From Lama glama (taxonomy: Eukaryota), in the NCBI GenBank assembly GCA_028534125.1, contig CM052816.1, positions 93,002,001 to 93,066,000 on the forward strand: a stretch of 64,000 nt of DNA. The letters are read 5' to 3'. The notes under the pieces were generated by a model. The model was not told the origin of the DNA. It was given only the letters and a program-made list of their open reading frames with translations, and did no database searches. This document shows, piece after piece, positions 1 through 12,880 of this stretch; positions within the stretch are counted from its first letter, which is position 1, and every line of letters begins with the position of its first letter. Both the position numbers and the translations under genes were made by a program.

Positions 1-1086
1 GTTTTCAGAGCCTCCGTCTTATTTAATGTTTTACAGAGTCCGGACAAAACCCACATGCCAGTTGCATGGCAGTAGCTGACACGCAGCTGAGATGCTTGAA
101 TGTGGCTGAATCCAGAGAAACTCAGTTGTTAGTGGCTGTAATTGTGCTTGTGCAACTCTGACAAAGGATTTCCTCCACAGTTAGGTGGCTAGACTCATGC
201 TAATGAAATTCAGGGGACAGCTGAAGACAACGAGGCGAAGTGAGAATGACCACAGTCATGGTGAGTAGTTACTCTCGCCACATACTGGGACTTGGGGACG
301 GGCTTTGGCAGATGGCACTATTGGACTCCTGTGCCCTCCTTCCGTAGGATTCCTGAGAGATGGTTCTGTGACAGCTGACACTGCCAGCTGATCTTACATA
401 TGAGACTCCTGGCCTCGCTGGTCTAAAATTAAAATGCTTCTTTTGCCTGTTACTGACACAGATGTTCTGAAACATCTTGGGCATGACTTAGGATACTCCA
501 ATGAAACTGGCTCAAATGGAGAGGAGAAGGTGGTTGGGGTCAGCACCTCAGAGATGTCACCAGGGGCCCCCAACTTCTCTCAGATTTCTACTCTGCCATC
601 CTGAGCATGTTGGCTTATCTCCTCAGCTTTGTCCTTTCAAAGTATGAGATATTTCTCCATAAAACTGTATCTGGGTACAGAGAAGTGGCATTATTTTGGG
701 CTCCCTGAAAAGCAGAGCCTGACAGTATTTATTTGGGAGCTGGTCCAGGCAGCAGGAGTGAGGGGGACAGGGGACATGAGACTGGCAAGGAGGAAAAACC
801 AACACGAGGTTGTGCCACTGAGCTGCCTGCTGTGAGCTCCATGGGGCTCAGGTCTGCTGGGACCTCCTGGGAAATACACAGAGTGTGGCCAGGACTGCCC
901 ACCTGGAAGACAAGGCTCCTGGAATCTTCATCCGCGGCTCTGTTCCCCAGTGGCTGGGAGGTCTGTGAATGCAGGTGTGTGCGGGGGCAGGAGCCGCAGA
1001 GGAGACTCAAACGCCAAGATGTAAAGAAGCTCAGTGTGTGGGCTGTCAGCTCAGGGTGAGGATGAGCATTTAAGAACGCCCACCAT

Positions 1087-1542
1087 TGTGGTGCTAGGCC
1101 TGAAACTGAGGTTCAGTAGTACATGCTGCTTCGATATCTGAAGCTGGGAGAGCTGGTTCTTCTCCCCACCCTGTTGCCACAGATCAGGTCCGCTAGCCAA
1201 ACCACCCTCCTTGTCCCAGGACCAGGCCGGGCTGCTGCTTATCCCTGAGTAAAGGCTTGAGTTTCCTGCCAGGCCACGGAGTTATTCCAACAAGCCTATC
1301 CTAGTCTCCCGGGGGATCCAAGGGGCACCCACCCTTTTGGTGCTACAAACCCTGCCTCTATTCCTGAGTGGAGCCTGCGTGGCATGCTGTGTCCTCCCCC
1401 TTCCCCAGACGTGAGTGAATGTGACTATAAACTGCTGTTGATCTCATCTGTCCAGTGTTGGGTACTGGGTGTTCAGCCGCCCTGTAACCCTAGGGCAGGA
1501 CTCCCTCCCTCACCAATGGTTTGAAGGTCAGAAGATCAAACA
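1087..1542 (+). mobile_element. ERVL-class solo LTR (MER73/MER74-like)
   Basis: Starts TGTGGTGCTAGGCCTGAAACTGAGG and ends ...AAACA, with a poly(A)-signal-like TATAAA near the 3' end. Family assignment is from memory. Confidence 0.5.
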
Positions 1543-1650
1543 GCCGTAACTAAGAACACCCATCACAGGGCGGGCCAAGGGATGTGCCACAAGGAACGAG
1601 AGGCACCTGCTACAAAGGGGGAAATAGGAAAATTCCCCTTTCTGGTCTCT

Positions 1651-1803
1651 CTCTCCCTTTTTCACTTGAAGTGTAGTCAGTTACAATGTGTCAATTTCTG
1701 GTGTGCAGCACAACGTCCCAGTCATGCATGTACGTACATGTACCCGTCTTCATATTCTTTTTCATTAAAGGTTATTACAAGATACTGAATATAGATCCCT
1801 GTG
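1651..1803 (-). mobile_element. 5'-truncated L1 3' end (lineage-specific)
   Basis: L1 3'UTR motif ttgaagtgtagtcagttacaatgtgtc; TSD TCTGGTCTCT at 1641-1650 and 1804-1813. Confidence 0.8.
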
Positions 1804-2354
1804 TCTGGTCTCTATTTATCAGGGTCAAGAATCTTTCCCAGAAGCTCCCAGTAGATGCCCATCATGTGTCACTGGACAGAACTCGGTCACCTGCCTCTCT
1901 CTGAATCAATTCCTGGCAAATGGTGATGTTATTATGATGACTAATGGAGGACCCATCACAGTTAGTCCCTGTGGTGGGGTGGGGCTCACTTCCCATGAGC
2001 ACATTTTCCCCTCAATGCCTGAATAAAATCAGAGTTCTTTTGGGTTCTACTAGAACAAAGTAAGGGAGAAAAATGGCTGTTGGGCAGGCAACCGGCAGTG
2101 TCTACTTTCTAGATGCTGGAGAAACCATTCAAGGGTTTAGGGGATAGAAACAGAGCTGTCTCTGTTATGTTTCAACTCGGATAGCAGGATGAAAAAGAAA
2201 ATACAAAGGTAAGGAATTGGAGCAGGGCAACTGCCTAATGCGAGGACAGTGGCCCCAGCAAATAGCAATCATGTGAGATGTTGACAATTGAGGAGGGGAA
2301 ACATCCCAGTGGTTGCTGTCCCAAGAGACAGAGGCTCGTTGGTTCTCTGACTTT

Positions 2355-2497
2355 AGTGTTCTCAGCAATCACCTAAGATCCCTCCCAGGAATCTGGTGGG
2401 GAAGGTCCGAGGTGAGACCCAAGAATGTGTGGTTTTAGCTCAAACCCCCCAGGTGGTTCTGAAGCAGGTGGTTGGTGCCCACACACTGAGTGTCACT
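2355..2497. mobile_element. MER5-like hAT-Charlie DNA transposon
   Basis: cccaagaatgtgtggtttt...cccaggtggttctgaagcagg...cacactgag resembles MER5A/B. Confidence 0.55.
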
Positions 2498-3019
2498 CGC
2501 CCCAGGGAGTGAAACCCTTGGGTGGGAATTACTGCGAACACCCCAGTGGGGGTGGAAGGCAGTCTTCACTCTTCCCAAATCTTCTTTGTCCAGCCACCCC
2601 TGCAGACCAGGGCTCTGTGTCCCTGAGCTGGTGTGCCAGGAATCTGCATCAACATGTGCTTGGGGTTTCAATGACAAACCTCTTAGACTGGCTTGAGACC
2701 TCCTCATTTTCCCCGATGCCTCATGGATGGTGAGCAAACGTCATGCCTGGGGTCTACCTGATGTTCGTAGCTGACATTCATCACTGGATTGCTATTGTAG
2801 TGTCTTCCGATTGGACTGGTTATTGGCTGACTTGACTTGAGCCAACATCATCCCATGCACAAGCTGCCTCATTCCTTCATTCTATGAGCACTTCCTGAGT
2901 AGCCATGTGCCAGGCGTTGTTCTAGGCTATGGGGATCCAACATGGAAACAAATGGGCAGAGTCCCTACTCTCATGACACTTACACAACATCAGTCACAGA
3001 GTAAACAGAAAAATGCATA

Positions 3020-3498
3020 GTCTCATGGGTTGAATTGTGTCTCCCCCCACACTGAAAATAACTATGTCCAAATTCTACCCCCTGATACCTGTGAATGAGA
3101 TCTTATTTGGAAATAGGGTCTTTGCAGATGTAATTAAGTTAAGGATCTCAAGATGAGATCATCCTAGATTTAGGATGAGCCCTAAATCCAATGACTGATG
3201 TCTTTATAAGAGAAGGAAGAGGGGAGGTGGGAGCTATAGAAACAGACGGAGGAAAGAGATGTGAAGACAGAGGCAGAGACTAGAAGGACGCAGCCACAAG
3301 TCAAGGAACACACCTGGAGCCACCAGAAGCTGAAAGAGGCAGGAAAGATTCTCCCCTAGAGACGCTAGGGGGAGTGCTGCCCTGCTGACACCTTGATTCA
3401 GGACTTTTGGCCTCCAAAAATGTGAAAGAATAAACCTCTGTTGTTTGAGCCTCCCAACCTGTGGCTATTTGGTTGGACAGCCCTAGGAACCTAACACG
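3020..3498 (+). mobile_element. MaLR solo LTR (MLT1C-like), inserted in an L2 remnant
   Basis: atgggttgaattgtgtctcccc...ttatttggaaatagggtctttgcagatgtaattaag...AATAAA...gacagccctaggaacctaaca. Confidence 0.85.
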
Positions 3499-3989
3499 CA
3501 TAGTAAGTCAGGTAGTGATAAGAGATGGGAAGGAAATCAAAGCAGAGTAAGAGGATAGAGGGGCTGGGAGGGTGGAGGAGATGCTGCTCCAGCCAGAGTG
3601 ACCAGAACGCACTGGTCCTCACTTGTCTGGTGTCTGTTTCCCTGGTCACAGCCTCCTGGCCTCTTCCTGTTTGTCTCCCCCAGCTCCGTTCTCAGATCTT
3701 GACTTATGATCTCACCTCACATGTGCCCGAAGATGGCAGCTCAGTGGAGACTCTGTTTGGTCTCTGTGGAAAATCAGTAGCTTCCTTGTGGGCAGGGGCA
3801 GGGGTCACCAGCTCAGAGGAAGCCCAGGTGAAGGACAACGTGGAGGGCAAGCTCCGCTCCCTCAATTCGGCAGCCGCTGCTCTGCGCCAGCTGATTGTTG
3901 CCACGTGGGGATGAGGCCAGCACTTCAGATCTTCAGGTTTCTCAAGTGAAGCCAGAAATCTCATAGAAGTCCCTTGGCTTTTGCTTGTG

Positions 3990-4250
3990 TTTTTGCTTTT
4001 TGAAATTGACATAGCATAAATTAACCATGTTAAAATGGACAGTTCAGTGGCATTAGCTCATTTACAATGTTATATAACCACCACCTCTATCTAGTTCTAA
4101 AACATTTTCATCACTGGAAAATGAAACCCCGTATTCATTGGGTAGTCACCCCTGTTTCCCCCTCCCCCCAGCTTCTGGTACCCACCAATCTGTGCTCCAT
4201 CTCTGTGGATTTACCTATTCTGGATCTTTCATGTAAATGGACTCACACAA
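3990..4250 (-). mobile_element. Old L1 (L1MB-like) 3' end
   Basis: cataaattaaccatgttaaaatggacagttcagtggcattag...gatttacctattctggatctttcatgtaaatgga. Confidence 0.75.
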
Positions 4251-5985
4251 TTAAATGTCAACAACAAATAGTAACAATGACAGACACCACGGGGACTGCT
4301 GGACTGGCCCTCGGACATTTCAGTTTCTGACCTCTGGCTTGGCCGTTGACAGGCGGCTCCTCATATCAAAGCGGTGGGTTCATTTGGCAGCTGTCTCTGT
4401 GGCCTGTTAGGATGCCAATAATGCCAGGCTGGGGAGTGGCCCTGCCCTGGGTAAGTGGTTTCGGTGGCTCTGCTCTGATTCCAATATCGTCCCCAAGAAG
4501 AAAGGTGGCTGTGACCATTGGAGCCAGAAAGGCAGCCCCCTCCCTTTCTGTAAGGGGGCTCTGGGGGGTTAGAAAGGGTGCGCCCCTCTTCTTGATGGTC
4601 TAGTCTAAGGTGCTACTTGGTGAGAGAGTTGGCTCTGGAATGACATCCAAACAGGAGGAGTGCAGAAGTAAAATGGCACCAGCAAGGGACTCAGATCTCA
4701 TGGCCGCAGTGGTCCCCGTGTTCAAGAATTCCCCTTTCCAACCTAGAATTCTGCTCTGGAGAACGAAATGTGTGATGGTTGGGTCTTCCCTCAGTGGAGG
4801 TGAGATCACCTCCTTTCCACTTAGAGCGAGGGAAAAATGAGATGGGACTGTTGGAAGGCTGGGTTCATTCTTTCCCAGAGTCATTCACTCCTTTAGTGGG
4901 GGGCTGAGCACCTGCCAGGGACCCAGTGGGATGAAGAGACATTACCTGTCAGCCCTCAAATTTATTAGGAGGGGGTAACAAATTAAAAAAATTAGTGTTA
5001 CCAAGTGTCAGCAATAGGAACCATGGTGGTAAATGTAGGGAAAGATAGATTTGACCAGGAAAAGGGAGAGAGAGGCATGAAAGTTCCAGTTACTTCTTCT
5101 CAGGCCACTGCACGTGGTCCTGGGGTTGTTCGCTGCCCAGGAGCGGGGAGAGGAGTTGGGAGTGGAGCGAATCCACTCCTCAGCCTCCCCAGTTCTGCAC
5201 GCAGGCTGTGGGCAGCTTCTGCCCTGGGGTGGGGAGGTGGGGGGGCTTTCCCTAAATTCTTTGCCCCCAGGGACCACTTTTTCTCATTTGTACAAAAGCG
5301 CCATATGAGCTGGGCTCCTCGCTTTGCATAGTTCTGCTCTTTTGCGTGTACTCTGGGGTCCAACTTTGCAATGCCTCGTTGTTGGGGTGCGGCTATAGGT
5401 GCACATAGGAAGGGGGTTATTATTGTTGTAAATGATCCTTCTCCAACCAGCTTATTAAAAACCTGGCTCCTTCTCTTCTGGCTGGAGTGATGTAGGTGTG
5501 GCGCTGCCCCAGGCAGGGTGAGGAATACGGTGACTCACTTAGGCTCTTTTCCAACGTCTAATTCAATGAATTCAGTTTTCTTTAGAGGCCGTGAGTCATT
5601 TTCCCTGCTCAGTGACTTGCAGGACAGGGTGGTGAGATAACCAAGAACTCAGGGAGCCAATGGGGAGGTTTTGGTAAAGAAATGTGGACTTTCACAGACC
5701 CAGGGGAGATCCAGGTCCCCCTGGTGTGGAAAAATGTAGTCGGCTAAGAATACAGTTCCTGAAACAAGAGAAAACATCTTCCAACCATTGTGTAATTTTT
5801 CACCTTCTCACATTTCACTTTTGTTTAAGAAAAAAGTCTGACATCACCGGTATGAACTGCCATGTGAGAAATACTGTGGGTGCCTTTGAAACAGCTGCAG
5901 CATTTGTGCTGGGTTGATGGCTCAGTTTGGGGAACTGTTTTGTCCACAGAGTCCTCACACCCCATCTACTTACCTCTTCGGCATT

Positions 5986-6272
5986 TTTTTTTAATTGATG
6001 TACTGTCAATTACAACGTGTCAGTTTCTGGTGTACAGCACAATGTCCCAGTCATGCAAATACACACATATTCTTTATATTTAAAGGTTGTTACAAAATAC
6101 TGAACATAGTTCTCTGTGCTACACAGAAGAAATTTGTTAAAATCTATTTTTATATGTGGTGGCTAACATTTGTAAATCTTAAACTCTCAAATTTATCCCC
6201 TCCCACCCCCTTTCCCTGGTAACCATAAGATTGTTTACTAAGTCTGCAAGTCTGTGTCTGTTTTGTAGATGG
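5986..6272 (-). mobile_element. 5'-truncated L1 3' end (lineage-specific)
   Basis: Poly(T) followed by L1 3'UTR; TSD TCTTC(G/T)GCATT at 5975-5985 and 6273-6283. Confidence 0.85.
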
Positions 6273-6326
6273 TCTTCTGCATTCTTGATTTACACTGTGT
6301 GATGGATCTTCAGAACATGCCACTTT

Positions 6327-6388
6327 CTGCGCAGTACACCAGAAACTATCACAACACTGTAAATCAAATACACTTCAATTAAAAAAAA
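6327..6388 (+). mobile_element. Very short L1 3' tip
   Basis: gtacaccagaaactatcacaacactgtaaatcaaatacacttcaatt + A8, flanked by ATGCCACT(T/G)TC repeats. Confidence 0.7.
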
Positions 6389-6732
6389 TGCCACTGTCAT
6401 CTCAGCACCATCAGAAGGTGAACTGGAGTAACGTGAGAGGAGAACTTGCATATCTGGGTGTGATTAAATGTGTGTCAAGACAGGGGAGAGAACAGATGTG
6501 CTCTCTTGTTTCTTTTTCAAATTAGAGTTGAACACTCAAAAAGCTGTTGGGTGCTGAAAATGGAAATGGTGAAATGATGAAAAGAATATCTTATCTGTCC
6601 CAGCTGTGCTCTCACAGACATTTTCTTTTTTATCAGCGCTTGATACCTTTCAAAGGCAAAATTATTTTATGGGTGATATTTCAGATCAATCCATTGAAAG
6701 ACTTTGTCTGAAGTCCACATTTGCCAGGATCT

Positions 6733-6756
6733 TGTGTGTGTGTGTGTGTGTGTGTG
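6733..6756. repeat. (TG)n microsatellite
   Basis: Direct reading. Confidence 0.95.
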
Positions 6757-6867
6757 AAATGCCTTAGGGAAGACCAGTTTGTTTCATTTTGACTGTGTAT
6801 TAGCCTGGTCCTTGGCTGTTTATTTGTTTGGCACCATGAAGAGAAGGAAACTACCAAATGAACTTGG

Positions 6868-7335
6868 GGTATACCCTAGTTATCTTCTGCTGAGTACCAA
6901 ACTATCCCCAAACTTGCTGGTTTAGAACAGTTTTGTGGGCAAGGACTTCGGGCAGGGCTCAGCTGTGCAATTATTCTGCTCCACGTGGCATTCACTGAGG
7001 CTACTGGGTGGTAGACAGGCTGGTCTGGAGGGCCCAGGACAGCATCATTCATGTGTCTTGCCCTTCAGGGGGGATGACTGGAGAGCTGGGCTCAGCTGGG
7101 ACTGTCCACTGGGGTGCCAACACTTGGTCCTTCAGCATGGCGGCTCAGAGCACCCCAGAGGGGGCTCCCACAGACTACGGCACACACATCAAGCCTTCTG
7201 TAGCCTACCTACCCTTGGAAATCAAGCAGCATGGATTTCCCACTCCAGTGTCCGACGCAATCACAAGCCAATTAGATTCAAGGGAAGTGGAAATAGATTC
7301 CCCTTCAATGGGAGGAGGGCCAAAGAATTTTTGGC
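6868..7335 (-). mobile_element. Old MaLR LTR (MLT1H/I/J-like)
   Basis: agttatcttctgctgagtaccaaactatccccaaactt...gggcagggctcagctg...agattcaagggaagtggaaatagattcccc. Confidence 0.7.
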
Positions 7336-7489
7336 CATCTTTAATATACCATATAATATAAGAGATATTTTTCAGCCAGGCTTTCAGGAATGCTTAAAAA
7401 TTCTCATACTTTACCTAGATTGGCTCCTTCGGTGACCCTCACAGCAGCTGTTTAAAACCTTTTCCACTTGCTTCTTCCAAGCCTTTAAA

Positions 7490-7745
7490 ACTGAGCAGGA
7501 CCTGTAAGGCCTTCCTAGGATAGACCTCCCCCCCGCAAGGTCCTCCCCCTGCCTCCTGTCTGTAGGAAAACTTTAGCCAAAGAACAAATTTAATCAGAAA
7601 AATGAGAAAATACAGAAGCAAGGGAAATAAGTCAAGCAAAACCAAATAATAATTTAGCCATTAAACAAAGTCAAGGACTTTCAGTTCCTCCTCCAGGGTT
7701 GTAGATAATATTCTGAGCCTTGTTCTTTGGGCTGTTTTGCAGATA
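7490..7745 (+). mobile_element. ERV1-type LTR fragment, same family as LTRs at 30274 and 31922
   Basis: tttagccattaaacaaagtcaaggac...agttcctcctc is the reverse complement of the motif at ~32325-32365. Confidence 0.75.
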
Positions 7746-7819
7746 CAGCCCAGCACCTCTTGCCCAGAAAGATGTCTTTATTCCTACTTTCCAGATTAAA
7801 CACGGACCATTAGGCATAA

Positions 7820-8030
7820 ACTAAGCAGAGTGGAAAAAAACATGGGTTCTTGAGCCAAAGAACCCACGCTCAAAAATCATCGTTTACCACTCTTGAGGCC
7901 TTGAGCAAGTTAGTCAAGCTTTCTGACCCTCAGTTGCCTTGTCTGCAAAAAAGAGAACTCTAATACCAAAATCACTGGGGTGTTATTGATGAGATATGTA
8001 TAAAACTGCTTTATACAAACCTTGGCAAGT
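7820..8030 (+). mobile_element. MIR SINE
   Basis: ccttgagcaagttagtcaagctttctgaccctcagttgccttgtctgcaaaa core. Confidence 0.65.
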
Positions 8031-9185
8031 GTAATTTAAAATGTAGGTAACTTTGAGCCCCATTCTTTCCAAACTTGCCTTAACATGGGCTATTTTCCGG
8101 ACGCTAGAACAAATCACTAAAACTCTGAGAGTTATCCACAGGGTTAATGAGATGATTAAATCAAACGACGCTCATGAAACCCTCTGTGGCTGTCAAGTGC
8201 ATTATAATGATGAATAACATATCCACAGTATCAGCGTCACAATCAACTCATAATTGCTTTGTATTCTGCACGGTCACAAGTGATCACTCACTTCTCTTCC
8301 CATCACTTATTTTCATGGTGCCCCTGATGTGGCAGATACGATGGAACTGGAAATAGAGGAAAGAAACTTTTTCAAGGGTGGAAACAGACAACCAGCTCCA
8401 TCCACAGTTATTTATGTGGTCTGAGCTTATGTGCATAATTCACTGTTATAATGAAATAAAACCCAACCAAGTTGATCTGACACATCTAATGATGCACATA
8501 ATCCTTGCTTTTACTGCATGGTAATTAGGCATAAAAAGTAAGATTTCACATAAATAACTGTAACCAGTATCACTTGGATGCCACCAAAGCAAATTTTTAA
8601 TGTATTCTCTCTTTTATTTTTTTCTAGTATCCCTAATTAGCAACAATGCTAACAATTTCCCCTGACAACCTGTACTGTTTAGTTCCTTTAATTAATTAAT
8701 TAATTCATTCATTCATTCATCAAATATTTATTGAGTGTCCACCATATGCCAGGCACAGTGCTAAGTACTGTAGAAACAGCCAGTAATGGACAGACAGACG
8801 AGACAAGGGGGTTATTTCCATTGTGTTAGCCCTCCTGCAACAGGGGAGTTCAGCAGAAAAGGGGCACCTAATCTAGTTTTGGGGCTCCAGCGAGGACTCC
8901 TTGGAGGAGACAGTGGCCAGAGGAGTCGAGAGGGGCCTGGTCGGGAAGGACCATGTGATCCTAGGAGTGGAGATACTCAGAAGTCTTGCTTCATCTGGCG
9001 GCCAGGGGAGAAGGGGAGCCCAGGAGGACGCCCATGGCTTGGGGTTGTGAAAGAGGCATCTTCTCTGAGACAGAAGGAGGAGCAGTTTGAGGGAAAGACA
9101 TTTGTCGTGGGCACGCTCAGTGGGTTTGGGTTGCTTGTGGGACGTCCACGAGGAAGTGCCCTGCAGTTGGCTGATATGTGGACCT

Positions 9186-9855
9186 AGAGCTGCTGTGTCC
9201 AAGATGGTGGCTGCCAGTTACGTGCTGCCATTTAAATTTAAATTAATTAAAAGGAAATACAATTGCAGTTCTTTAGTCATACCAGTCACATTTCAAGTGC
9301 TCAGTAGCCACATATGGCTAGCAGCCACCATGTTGAACAAGGCAGATAAATACTTTTCCATCAATGCTGTATTAAGGATGTCGTAACAAATTACCACAAA
9401 CCAGGTGGCTTAAAACAACAGAAATTCATTCTCTCACAGTTCTGGAGGGTACGTAAGTCTGAAATGATGGTGTTGCGGGCCATGCTCCCTCTAGAGGCTC
9501 TGGGAGGGAATCTGTTCCATCACTTTTCTCTGAGCTTCTGGTGTTGCCAGCAGTCCTTGGCATCCCTTAGCTGTACACGCATCACCCCAGTTTCTGCTTC
9601 TATCTTCATCTGACCTCATTCTTCACTGAGTACATGTCTCCAGATCTCTCCTTACAGAGACGCCAGCCATTGGATTTAAGAGCCCATCCTAATTTGGTAT
9701 GACCTTATCTTAACTCAATGACATGTACAAAGATCCTATTTCCAAATAAGGGCACATTCTCATGAATTGGGGGTTAGAACCCGAACATATCTTTTGGGGG
9801 AATATAATTCACCCATAACAACGGTCAAATTGTACTGGGCAATACTGCTCTAGAG
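9186..9855. mobile_element. MER3-like hAT-Charlie transposon interrupted by an MLT1 LTR
   Basis: cacatttcaagtgctcagtagccacatatggctag core; flanked by CTAGAG/CTCTAGAG target-like sites. Confidence 0.7.
9368..9821 (-). mobile_element. MaLR solo LTR (MLT1C-like) nested in MER3
   Basis: gtaacaaattaccacaaaccaggtggcttaaaacaacagaaattcattctctcacagttctggagg...ctatttccaaataagg...attcacccataaca. Confidence 0.85.
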
Positions 9856-10449
9856 CCTAGAGGACATAAGAAGGAAACTGAAGTCATGGGTCTCATAGGG
9901 AGATGTGGAGATAGAATCATTTACGGGACGAGCAGAGGAAACAAAACCTCAAAGGGACTGAGAGGGGAGCCAGAGAGGTAGAAGGAAAAGTAGAGGAGTA
10001 AGGAGGCTTGGAAGTGGAAGAAACCATTTTGAGATGACGAATGTGGTCAACAGAATTAAAAACTCCTGAGAGACAAGTAGAAAGAGGACTGAAAAGAAGC
10101 CACAGGTTTTAGCAATGAAGAGGTGGTAGGCAAAGACTCGTTCAGTAAAGTTAAAGGGCAGAAGCCCGACTGGGCTAGGAATTAATGGTGCACACAGAAG
10201 TAGAGATGGCACTGGTGGAAATGATAAGGAAAACAAAAACACAGATTCAAGGATGCAGGCTAACAGGGCTTGGTCCCAGGATGCGGCGTTGAGAGAGGAG
10301 GTGAGGAGATGCGGGAGAGGCTCGGTCGTGGGGGCCTGAATGCTTGGTAATGTCGTGCTCTAGTTTGGCACCAGCAGAAGAGAGTTTACTTCTTAGGGTC
10401 TTCTCAGATGAGCGCTGGAGCGGGAACCCTGGCTACCCCAGGTACTGGC

Positions 10450-11095
10450 TGCTCATGGCCTGCCCCACCCTGATTATGAACTGTAACAAATGGCTTCTAT
10501 ATCCCTTCACATCTGCTGCATTATCCCGCCTCTGCTGTCCTCATCAGCCCTTTCTGCTTGTACATCCTTTCTGCTCCCTCAAACTCTGGATGTAAGTGAC
10601 TTCAACTTGTCATTTCTCTCCCACTCCCAGGGACCACATCTCTCCCTCCCAGTGCCTGCACGATGTGGCCCCTGTATGCCGTGGTCCCTGCGGACTTCCC
10701 CCCGTTCTGCGCCCTCTAAGCACACAGGGCCTGTCTCCATTCCTAAAAAGAGCCATACTCATGGTTCTGCCTGGACAGATTCCTGCTCTCACTGCTCATG
10801 TGCTAACCCTGCTGATGCTCTAGGTGCCAGCATCAATGTCACTTTCTCAAGGGAGTGTCCCTGCTATTAAATCAGGTCCCCCTGTTCTAATCTTCACTAC
10901 ACCCTTCCTTGTTCTTCACAGCCCCTGTTTTGGTTCAGAATTATGTACTTGTGTGATTAACATGGGATTCTGCCTCCCCCTCTAGACTGTAAACTCCATG
11001 AGGGCAGGCAACGTGTTTCCCGTTCTCATTGGCTCCTTCGTACTTAGCAGAGTGAATATTCAAGAAGAATTTATTAAATTCATTATTTAAGGAAT
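10450..11095 (+). mobile_element. L2 LINE 3' region
   Basis: ctagactgtaaactccatgagggcagg followed by a degenerate (TGAA)n-type L2 tail. Confidence 0.6.
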
Positions 11096-12689
11096 GACAC
11101 CTTCCGAGGCCTTCCCCCCTCCCCCAGCACTTTATGATAGACAGTTTTAAACATACAACAAAGCTGAAAGAGCTTGACATTGAATACTGATGTGTTACCA
11201 CCAAGAGCTGCTCAACATCACGTAGCTACTGCTCTGTGCGTCCCTCCATCCTTCTTTCAATCCATCTTATTTCCTTGACTGAGCCACTCTCTCTGATGTT
11301 TCTTCATGTGGGTAAATAAGTCAGTCTTTCAGGATCCCAATTCCATGTTCCTGAAAGAAGACTTTGGCAAGCCAGGGCTAAGGCCACACAGAATGCTTAT
11401 GGGTTGGCTCCCTTTAGATTTGGTAGCCACCTCCTGGGTCTGGTCAGTTGTGGAGGGGCACATGGGGTTCTGTGGTCCAGATGATCCCTGTTACCTCATC
11501 AGCAGGGCTGTGGGGGTGGCCACCTCCCCTCGATTGTGGCATGAGTTGGGTAGGTACAGGAGCTAGGGGAGGATCAATTTAGAGAGATGATAGGGACTTC
11601 AGTTTTGTCCTTATTGAGTTTTGGGTGTCTGGGAACTAGTGATCAGCATTGTCCATCAGGGTCTTAGAAATGCTGGGTCTGAGGCTTAAAGGTGAGGTAG
11701 GGGATGGATGGATGGACAGGGAGTCATTTTGGGAGACACCTGCATTCAGTGGCAGTCCCAGTATATCTATAAAGGAGGGGCAGCAAACTGGAAACAAGCA
11801 AGGGGACTACCGTGTGAAGCTTCTTACATAAGACGAAGAAAAGGTCAGTCACCTGTGAAGGGGGGGGGGCTGATGTGGATTGTTGTCTATCCCCTTGGTC
11901 ACCATCACTGTGGCCCAGAGATGATGCTAGGGATGGAGCTGCAAAGAGGATGGGACCCCTCATAGACAGAGTGACTACATACCTTGTGGTCCAAACTTGA
12001 GACACTTTTGAGAGAGAAAGGGGAACAGCAGATGAAGACCAGACTCTCCCAGAAGCACTGTTCTGGAAGGTCACCAGACCCATGAAGGAGGGTAGAGAAG
12101 AGTGAAGGAAGGTGACCAGGTATAGAGCAGCAGCTACATTTTGGGGGGTGGGTGAAATAGCAAAGCCAGTGAAGGGACAGCTTGCTGACAGAGGTGGAGA
12201 GGGAGGAGAATGATGGCCCATGGGTCAAGGTAGAAGGGAGTTTAAGGACGTGATGATGAGTGTGGCCAAGTCTGTCGTGGTAAAGTAGGAAAAGAACCAA
12301 GACATGCTCTGTGGGTTTGCTCTTTAGGGGTTCGTCGGAGAGATGTGCCCTTTACAGAGCTATGAGGGGGTGGGGGCGGGGGGCACAGATTATAGGGGTA
12401 GAGAGAAACACAGGTGGGAGGAAGGGGTTGTACTGTAGATCACTTTGGATGGAGTTGGCGGTGAAGGGCAAGTGAGAAACTAGACGTTAATTTCAATGCA
12501 GGTGTGCCGTTGAACACTGTCCTGATGAACTTTCCTAAGTGCTCCTGGGCATCAGAAACCGGGCAGCAGCTAACTGATATTCATTCCCCCTTTGAAGATT
12601 CACAAATAATATTAACACACAGTAATTACTACACATTAATTAATATACATAATACAATACACATTCATATTATTACACAATGATAATAA

Positions 12690-12880
12690 GGTTTCTTATG
12701 TGCCAGGCATAGTTTTAAATTCTTTACCAAGATGAATTAAAGTCAATTAAGTCCTTGCAATTGCTATATATTAATCCCGTTCTATAGAGGATAGATCTGA
12801 AGCACAGAGAGGTTAATACCTGCCCACAGCTGCAAAGCTGGTAAAGGTGGTGTCAGGACTCAAATCCCCATCTCTCTGCA
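12690..12880 (-). mobile_element. MIR SINE
   Basis: tatgtgccaggcatagtt...ctgaagcacagagaggttaa...ggactcaaatccc. Confidence 0.65.

Noticed and set aside
6935..7435. 166-aa ORF
   Set aside because: Lies within an MLT1 LTR, has a non-ATG start and shows no protein similarity I recognise.
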